Assembly: GCF_029504745.1 (NCBI RefSeq)
Contig: NZ_JAQFIQ010000024.1
Location: 1-32,000, forward strand
Length of the DNA stretch: 32,000 nt
Reading direction: 5' to 3'
Source: Breznakia sp. PF5-3
GTDB lineage: Bacteria > Bacillota_I > Bacilli_A > Erysipelotrichales > Erysipelotrichaceae
Made by a program: the position numbers and the translations under genes. The notes under the pieces were generated by a model. That model was not told the origin of the DNA, did not search any database, and saw only the letters and a list, made by a program, of their open reading frames with translations. Below are positions 26,135 to 32,000 of the stretch, piece after piece; position 1 is the stretch's first letter; each line of letters opens with the position of its first letter.

Positions 26135-27367
26135 CTATATTACAAAATCTCCTGCTTTAAACACCGCCACTTCTTTACCTTCAAACGTTTTTCCCACGAT
26201 TTCCATATCCTCGCTTCCAAACATAAAGTCAACATGTGTCATAGAATCATTTGAACCAGCTTCATTCAGTTCTTCTTGATTCATTTTTACACCATTTTTC
26301 AAATTCATTGGATAAGCTCTACCAAGTGCTAAATGACATGAAGCATTCTCATCATACAAAGTATTGTAAAATAACATATTACTCATGGAAATCGGCGAAT
26401 GATAAGGAACTAATGCAACTTCTCCAAGATAACTACTTCCTTCATCAAAGTCAATTAATGTCTTTAATACATCCTCATTTTTTGCCGCTTTGTACTCTAC
26501 CACTTTTCCATCTTTAAATGTTAATGAAAAATCATCAATAAGACTTCCATTATAGCTAAGTGGCTTCGTGCTTACAACCGTTCCATTCACACCATATTTA
26601 TAAGGCATTGTGAAAACTTCTTCTGTTGGCATATTCGCATTAAACATAATTCCTGATGGTGTTTCTTCATTTCCACCAGCCCATAGATGATTTTTGACCA
26701 ATTGAACTTCCAAATCTGTACCGAGGTTATTTTTGAAATGCAAAGACCTAAAATTGTATTCATTTAAAATATCAACATGATTTCTTAAATCTGCATCATG
26801 TTGCTCCCAAAAAGCCACAGGATCATTATCTTCAAGAACTTGAACACTATCCAATATAGCATCTTGTAATTTAACCATTGCTGTTTCCACATCATCATTA
26901 GGAAAAACTTTTTTTGCCCAGTCTTGATTTGGATATCCTACAATACTCCATTGTACACGATTTGCCATCGTAATTTCGTTTAATTCTTTAAACCGCTTTT
27001 GTCTAGCAATTGATACTTCTGCAATCTTTTTAGGATCAATTCCTGCCATCACTTCTGGAATATCACTTATAATGTGTAAAACACATCCACCTTCTTTTAA
27101 AGGAATGGTTTTTTGATCTACTATGTAATCTGGAATTGTACGCAATGTTTCTACATCTTGATATTCATAATGTAAACGATTTATTTTTTCATCATAGAAA
27201 TTCACTGAAACCTGCTTAGCACCAACCTTATAGGCTTCTTCTACAACCTTTTCAACTAAATCTTTTGTATTTACAGGTGCATTCACAACTAAAGTTTGAC
27301 CTTTTTGCACATTCACACCCATCTTCACTGCTAATTTTGCATATTTTTCTATTATATTTTCCTTCAT
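26135..27367 (-). CDS. Aminopeptidase, M29 family (AmpS/PepS-like)
   Basis: 410 aa. The N-terminus EKYAKLAVKMGVNVQKGQTLVVNAPV...AYKVGAKQV and the length match AmpS-type enzymes as I recall them. Confidence 0.8.
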   Translation of the reverse strand: MKENIIEKYAKLAVKMGVNVQKGQTLVVNAPVNTKDLVEKVVEEAYKVGAKQVSVNFYDEKINRLHYEYQDVETLRTIPDYIVDQKTIPLKEGGCVLHIISDIPEVMAGIDPKKIAEVSIARQKRFKELNEITMANRVQWSIVGYPNQDWAKKVFPNDDVETAMVKLQDAILDSVQVLEDNDPVAFWEQHDADLRNHVDILNEYNFRSLHFKNNLGTDLEVQLVKNHLWAGGNEETPSGIMFNANMPTEEVFTMPYKYGVNGTVVSTKPLSYNGSLIDDFSLTFKDGKVVEYKAAKNEDVLKTLIDFDEGSSYLGEVALVPYHSPISMSNMLFYNTLYDENASCHLALGRAYPMNLKNGVKMNQEELNEAGSNDSMTHVDFMFGSEDMEIVGKTFEGKEVAVFKAGDFVI

Positions 27368-27396
27368 ATTATTTACTCCTAACTCTTCACTATTCT

Positions 27397-27425
27397 ATTA
27401 TATGCCAAGCGAATAAGTAAAACAA
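27397..27425 (-). promoter_or_regulatory. Candidate promoter for the aminopeptidase gene
   Basis: Minus strand TTGTTT (27425-27420), 17-nt spacer, TATAAT (27402-27397). The -35 overlaps the distal arm of the typA terminator. Confidence 0.35.
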
Positions 27426-27444
27426 TGCGCAAATGCGCATTGTT
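27412..27444 (-). terminator. Rho-independent terminator of typA
   Basis: Palindrome AACAATGCGC-AAAT-GCGCATTGTT (27421-27444), followed on the minus strand by UUACUUAUU. The proximal arm overlaps the typA stop codon. Confidence 0.6.
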
Positions 27445-29269
27445 ATCCTACTTTATTCTCTCTCATAATCTGTTTTCGATCATATGGAGTTAATCCTTTT
27501 TTGCGTACACGAATATCATCTGGAGTCAACTCTACTAATTCATCATCATTAATAAATTCTAAAGCTTCTTCCAAACTCAATATTTTTGCCGGTACTAGTT
27601 TCATAGCATCATCATTTCCACTTGATCTAATTGCTGTTAATTTCTTATTTTTGATTGGATTCACATCCATATCCAAATTTCTAGCACTCTGCCCAATAAT
27701 CATACCCTCATATACAGGTGTTTGTGGCCCAATGAACAACTGTCCACGCTCTTGGATATTCCATAACGCATATGTCATCGCCTTACCTGTTTCAGTAGAA
27801 ATAAGTGCACCATTTGCACGTTGGGTAATTTCACCTTTGTATGGTTCAAAGCCATGTACTCTACGAACTAAAGTACCTTCACCATGTGTATCATTAATAA
27901 ACTCACTACGATACCCTAATAGCCCTCTTGTAGGAGCATGAAAAACAATACGACTATAGTCATTCTCTTCATGCATATCTACCATAACACCTTTTCTTTG
28001 GTTTAATTTATTAATAATTGTTCCACTATATTCACTTGGAGTTAATGCAATTACTTCCTCAACTGGCTCTACCAAAGTATCATTCTCATCACGATGCATG
28101 ATTACCTCTGGTTTACTGACAGCTACTTCATAACCTTCACGACGCATATTTTCAAGTAAGATGGAAATATGAAGTTCTCCACGCCCACTCACTTTAAACA
28201 TATCTGCACTTTCTGTAGCTTCTACTTTTAATCCTACATTTACTTCCAACTCTTTTTCTAAACGTTCTTTGATATTTCTACTTGTAACATACTTACCACT
28301 CTGTCCAGCAAAAGGACTTTTATTTACAATAAAATTCATAGATAATGTAGGGTCTTCTACCTTAATCATCTCAAGTGGTAATAAATGATCACGATCCACA
28401 CATAATGTCTCTCCGATACTTATATCTGGAATTCCTGCAATTACAACAATCTCACCACTACCTGCTTCTTTTACTCTCGTCTTTGATAACCCTTGATAAA
28501 TAGATAATTGAGAAACACTTGCATTACGAACATTTCCAAAACTATCACACACAACAAGAGACTGATTCTCTTTTAATACCCCTTGATACACCCTACCAAT
28601 TGCTAAACGTCCTATATAGTCATCATAAGCCAATGCACTAACTTGCATTTGCAATGGTTCATCATCTAAATTTGGATAAGGATCACAGTGTTCTACTATC
28701 GTTTCAAACAAAGGCGTGATATCTTTACTAGGTGTATCCAAATCATATTGAACAATTCCTTGCTTTGCAATCCCATATAGAATAGGAAAATCTAATTGTT
28801 CATCATTTGCATCTAGTTCTAAAAATAATTCATATACCAAATCAACAACTTCTTCTGCTCGTTGATCCTTCTTATCAATTTTATTAATCAACAAAATTGG
28901 ACGCAATCCCATTTCCAAAGATTTTTGTAAAACAAATCGTGTTTGCGGCATTGGTCCTTCACTAGAATCCACTAATAGAATTACTGTATCTACCGTTTTA
29001 ATAATTCGTTCCACTTCACTAGAAAAATCAGCATGTCCTGGTGTATCAACAATATTGATTTTTATATCTTTATACATAATACTACAGTTTTTTGAATATA
29101 TTGTTATCCCACGTTCTCTTTCTAGATCGTTGGAATCCATAACACAATCCACAGTTTCTTCATTGCTTCGAAAAACTCCACTTTGATTCAAAAATGCATC
29201 TACAAGTGTACTTTTTCCCGCATCAACATGGGCAATTACTGCTAAATTTATAATTTTTTCTTTTTTCAT
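27443..29269 (-). CDS. typA: Translational GTPase TypA/BipA
   Basis: 608 aa. G1 AHVDAGKST, G3 DTPGHADF, G4 NKID. EF-G-like domain order. C-terminus typical of BipA. Confidence 0.95.
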   Translation of the reverse strand: MKKEKIINLAVIAHVDAGKSTLVDAFLNQSGVFRSNEETVDCVMDSNDLERERGITIYSKNCSIMYKDIKINIVDTPGHADFSSEVERIIKTVDTVILLVDSSEGPMPQTRFVLQKSLEMGLRPILLINKIDKKDQRAEEVVDLVYELFLELDANDEQLDFPILYGIAKQGIVQYDLDTPSKDITPLFETIVEHCDPYPNLDDEPLQMQVSALAYDDYIGRLAIGRVYQGVLKENQSLVVCDSFGNVRNASVSQLSIYQGLSKTRVKEAGSGEIVVIAGIPDISIGETLCVDRDHLLPLEMIKVEDPTLSMNFIVNKSPFAGQSGKYVTSRNIKERLEKELEVNVGLKVEATESADMFKVSGRGELHISILLENMRREGYEVAVSKPEVIMHRDENDTLVEPVEEVIALTPSEYSGTIINKLNQRKGVMVDMHEENDYSRIVFHAPTRGLLGYRSEFINDTHGEGTLVRRVHGFEPYKGEITQRANGALISTETGKAMTYALWNIQERGQLFIGPQTPVYEGMIIGQSARNLDMDVNPIKNKKLTAIRSSGNDDAMKLVPAKILSLEEALEFINDDELVELTPDDIRVRKKGLTPYDRKQIMRENKVG

Positions 29270-29358
29270 ATTTTATCCTCTTAATATACCTTATTAATAG
29301 TATACCTATTCCACTGTAAATTCTAGTTTTTTTTTCATCTTTATTGTATAATAAATTT

Positions 29359-30189
29359 ATGATGTATAAGGGAAAGAACTACAAAATACAATATCGCCGT
29401 CTATTTTTGCTACTATTTCTTGCTGTTACTTTACTTAGTAGCATTTTATTTGGTGCCTCATATATAATTGCACAGATGCAACCAATAGAAAAGAAACCAT
29501 TAGCGATATATACAAAACATACGAGCATTCGCTCAGATTCTGTAAAAGATGCTGATCAAATCATTGCCCATTATTTTCCTAAAGGAAAAAATCCACCACC
29601 AAAGCCACCAATAAAAACTGATCGAAAAATTGTAGCACTTACATTCGATGATGGTCCAGGATACGAAAGCACTGATAGAATTTTAAACACTCTAAAAAGG
29701 CATGATGTAAAAGCTACCTTCTTTGTCTTAGGAAGTAAAGTTGAACAAAACCCTGAGATGCTGAAAAAAATTCATAATGAAGGCCATGAGATTGCTAGCC
29801 ACTCCTATTCTCATCCCAACCTGACAAAGCTCAAGGGAGAAGAAATCAATCAACAAATAAAACAAACAAATACTTCAATTAAAAATACTATTGGTACCGA
29901 TACAATATACTTACGTCCTCCATATGGAGCCTATAATAAAGAAGTCGAAGATATAAGCAAACAAAAAATTATACTATGGAATGTTGATAGCCAAGACTGG
30001 CAATTACGCGATACAGAAAAAATAAAAAACCATGTATTAGGAAGTTTAAAACCACAAAGTATTGTTTTATTTCATGACATTTACAATAGTTCGGCAGATG
30101 CTGTAGAAAAAATCATTCCCGAATTAAAAAAGCAAGGTTATGAATTTGTAACAACCTCTCAATATATTGAAATTATGGAGCCTAAATAA
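29359..30189 (+). CDS. Membrane-anchored polysaccharide deacetylase, CE4 family (PgdA-like)
   Basis: N-terminal TM segment LFLLLFLAVTLLSSILFGASYII. NodB motifs ALTFDDGP, HEIASHSYSH, LRPPYG, VLFHD. The start is uncertain (TTG 29344, ATG 29359 or 29362) and none has an SD sequence. Confidence 0.85.
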   Translation: MMYKGKNYKIQYRRLFLLLFLAVTLLSSILFGASYIIAQMQPIEKKPLAIYTKHTSIRSDSVKDADQIIAHYFPKGKNPPPKPPIKTDRKIVALTFDDGPGYESTDRILNTLKRHDVKATFFVLGSKVEQNPEMLKKIHNEGHEIASHSYSHPNLTKLKGEEINQQIKQTNTSIKNTIGTDTIYLRPPYGAYNKEVEDISKQKIILWNVDSQDWQLRDTEKIKNHVLGSLKPQSIVLFHDIYNSSADAVEKIIPELKKQGYEFVTTSQYIEIMEPK

Positions 30190-30190
30190 T

Positions 30191-30913
30191 ATGATATTTG
30201 AAGGAAATATCTCTGTGAAATCAGCACTGCTTTCACCACATAGAGAAGTAGTAAAACTATTTGTAGATAAAAGTAAAAAAGATCGTGACACAAAATTCAT
30301 TTTGCGCAAAGCACAGGAACAAAACATTGAAGTAGTTTATTGTGAACGCCAAGAAATCGATAAACTTGCGCAAGGTTCAACCCATGGTGGGCTTCTATGT
30401 GAAGTCGGCAAGCGAACATATCAAGATTTAGATGATATTATCAAAGAACATTCTTTCATTGCCCTTGTAGAAGGTATTGAAGATCCATATAATTTTGGCT
30501 ATATTATCCGTAGTCTCTACGCGGCTGGCTGTGATGGAATCATCACCAACGAAAGAAACTGGAGTAATGCTGCAAATGTTGTTGCTAAAGCAAGTGCAGG
30601 AGCAAGCGAATATATTGCTCATGTTTCTAGTTCTTCACTTGAACATGACATTAAACAATTAAGAACAAAGGGAATTGCAATTGTTTGTGCACTTCGTGAT
30701 GATACCGCAATTGAAATGTATGATTATAATTTCAAAAAGCCTGTTTGTATTTGCATCGGTGGTGAAAAACGAGGCTTATCAAAAATTATCACTTCCCATT
30801 CTGATCAAAATGTATTTATTCCCTATAACTCGGAATTTAAAAACGCACTCAACGCAGTGAGCGCAACAACGATATTAGCATATGAATTAATTCGACAAAG
30901 GAAGCATAAATAA
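30191..30913 (+). CDS. TrmH/SpoU-family RNA 2'-O-methyltransferase (RlmB-like)
   Basis: SpoU motifs VEGIEDPYNFGYIIRSLYAAGCDGII, CICIGGEKRGLS, IPYNSEFKNALNAVSATTILAYE. I take the start as the ATG at 30191, 1 nt after the deacetylase stop, with GGAG upstream. Confidence 0.8.
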   Translation: MIFEGNISVKSALLSPHREVVKLFVDKSKKDRDTKFILRKAQEQNIEVVYCERQEIDKLAQGSTHGGLLCEVGKRTYQDLDDIIKEHSFIALVEGIEDPYNFGYIIRSLYAAGCDGIITNERNWSNAANVVAKASAGASEYIAHVSSSSLEHDIKQLRTKGIAIVCALRDDTAIEMYDYNFKKPVCICIGGEKRGLSKIITSHSDQNVFIPYNSEFKNALNAVSATTILAYELIRQRKHK

Positions 30914-30927
30914 TTGCTTCCTTTTTT
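30900..30927 (+). terminator. Rho-independent terminator of the deacetylase/methyltransferase operon
   Basis: GGAAGCA (30900-30906) pairs with TGCTTCC (30915-30921), followed by T6. The stop codon lies in the loop. Confidence 0.7.
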
Positions 30928-31022
30928 AATATAAAAAAGCTCACAACATATATATCCTATGTGGTCTAATGTTATGAACTTCATATTAACATCCTATAAT
31001 CTACCTCTTTTTAAAGCCTTTT

Positions 31023-31436
31023 TTATCTTTCAATAAAACAAATAATACCAAATCTTCCTTCATATTTACCTTCTCCAACTGGACAATAATAAATATACTG
31101 ATATGCAGAATCATGACTATTATTATCTAAATACTCTTTTGAATATTTATGAATACCAAATGAATATTCATGATTTGCCTCTAATGTAAGCTCACTTGTA
31201 ATTCGTGGTGTTTTTATATTTGTTTTTCCTTCTGTTGTACGATGAATTGCTTCAATACTATGAACACCTGCGTCTAATTTGACTACAGCTTGTCCATATT
31301 CTCCTTTGATCATATCAAATTCGCTAGGATCTTTTCCATCCACTTTTACTTTATCCCCATAAATATGAATTACTGCTTTTGTTTCATCGTTGATAAAATC
31401 CTTTAACTTTGCTTTCTTTTTTCCAATACCAAACAT
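31023..31436 (-). CDS. Hypothetical protein (137 aa, soluble, no recognised family)
   Basis: Intact ORF with a GGAGG RBS (AGGAGGTCAATTAAAAATG). I saw no signal peptide or TM segment and recognised no motif. Confidence 0.6.
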   Translation of the reverse strand: MFGIGKKKAKLKDFINDETKAVIHIYGDKVKVDGKDPSEFDMIKGEYGQAVVKLDAGVHSIEAIHRTTEGKTNIKTPRITSELTLEANHEYSFGIHKYSKEYLDNNSHDSAYQYIYYCPVGEGKYEGRFGIICFIER

Positions 31437-31525
31437 TTTTAATTGACCTCCTATATTTCTGCCTATATTTACTTAGACGCTAGTTATTCAAATAAAGTTC
31501 CAAAGTTTTTCTACAAGAAATAAAA

Positions 31526-31575
31526 CTAAAAAAGTTCATAGCATTTTGTAACTTTTATTACCATGCTATGAACTT
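31526..31575 (-). terminator. Rho-independent terminator of the 31593-31961 ORF
   Basis: AAGTTCATAGCAT (31532-31544) pairs with ATGCTATGAACTT (31563-31575), a 13-bp stem with an 18-nt loop, followed on the minus strand by a T-run. Confidence 0.6.
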
Positions 31576-31592
31576 ATTATAAACTTCCTTTT

Positions 31593-31961
31593 TTATTCTT
31601 CAATTTCCTTCCATCCGTTTTCATCTGTATATAAATATTTATGCCAATTTCCATCAACATACCTTTCCCATAAATTGACCGTGTTGGGCTTATCTACATC
31701 TCTCCCTACTAGTCTAGTGGGCGTAATCAAATCATAATTACAATATTCCAATGGATCCTCTATTTCAATCCATTCACCCGTCTCAATTTGAAAAGTATCT
31801 AAATATTTGTACACTTCTTCTATCGTATGAAACCGTTTTGATTGCTTTGCAAAATCGTCTTTTTCTGTATCGTACAAGAAAAGACAATATTCATCAGAAA
31901 GATTTGCTACCATTGCTTTCTTAAATTTTGCATGCCCTTCAATAAATGTATATTTTCTCAT
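31593..31961 (-). CDS. Hypothetical acidic protein (122 aa, no recognised family)
   Basis: Intact ORF. I take the start as the ATG at 31961 with AAGGAGAGG upstream. The ORF-track start at 31997 adds 12 poorly supported codons. Confidence 0.55.
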   Translation of the reverse strand: MRKYTFIEGHAKFKKAMVANLSDEYCLFLYDTEKDDFAKQSKRFHTIEEVYKYLDTFQIETGEWIEIEDPLEYCNYDLITPTRLVGRDVDKPNTVNLWERYVDGNWHKYLYTDENGWKEIEE

Positions 31962-32000
31962 GCCTCTCCTTATCAATCCACAAATAAATAACCACAAAAT

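Noticed and set aside
29281-29310. Imperfect direct repeat TTAATATACCTTA / TTAATAGTATACCTA in the typA / deacetylase divergent region, considered as a regulator binding site.
   Set aside because: The repeat is short, AT-rich and imperfect, and I recognise no matching motif. I could not define a convincing typA promoter to relate it to.
1-32000. Search for mobile elements, CRISPR arrays, tRNA/rRNA genes, long direct or inverted repeats flanking the glycan locus, and defence-system genes.
   Set aside because: I recognised no transposase, integrase or recombinase motif, no repeat-spacer periodicity and no cloverleaf-like sequence. Every intergenic gap over 60 bp is accounted for by promoters, terminators or the T-box leader.

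Overview
AT-rich, Bacillota-like chromosomal window; the taxon cannot be fixed from the sequence alone. All 27 genes between 284 and 29269 lie on the minus strand. Left flank: thrS, encoding a ThrRS without the N-terminal TGS domain, behind a Thr-type T-box leader. Positions 2321-26112 form one tightly packed 24-gene cell-envelope glycopolymer locus. It encodes dTDP-L-rhamnose synthesis (rmlA-rmlC-rmlB and a separate rmlD). It also has a dTDP-3-acetamido-3,6-dideoxyhexose branch: an FdtA/QdtA-type 3,4-ketoisomerase, a DegT-type aminotransferase and a PseH-like GNAT. Other genes are galE, an ABC-2 permease/ATPase exporter pair and nine glycosyltransferases (five stand-alone GT2, one GT4, a GT2-GT2 fusion, a GT2-GT4 fusion, a split Alg14/Alg13 pair). 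The locus further carries a GacI/GacJ-like polyprenyl-phosphate-sugar synthase pair, a Wzx-family flippase and an unassigned 528-aa polytopic membrane protein. Right flank: M29 aminopeptidase and typA/bipA, then a strand switch to a membrane-anchored CE4 deacetylase and a TrmH/RlmB-type methyltransferase, then two orphan small ORFs. I saw no rRNA, tRNA, CRISPR, transposase, integrase or phage genes. The most noteworthy points are: (1) the hybrid architecture, an ABC-exported backbone plus a lipid-linked side-chain arm; (2) the unassigned polytopic protein; (3) a G7 tract at the domain seam of the GT2-GT4 fusion, a candidate phase switch; (4) a GNAT-type acyltransferase in the 3-amino-sugar branch. 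All functional calls rest on motif recognition by eye. No database search was run.
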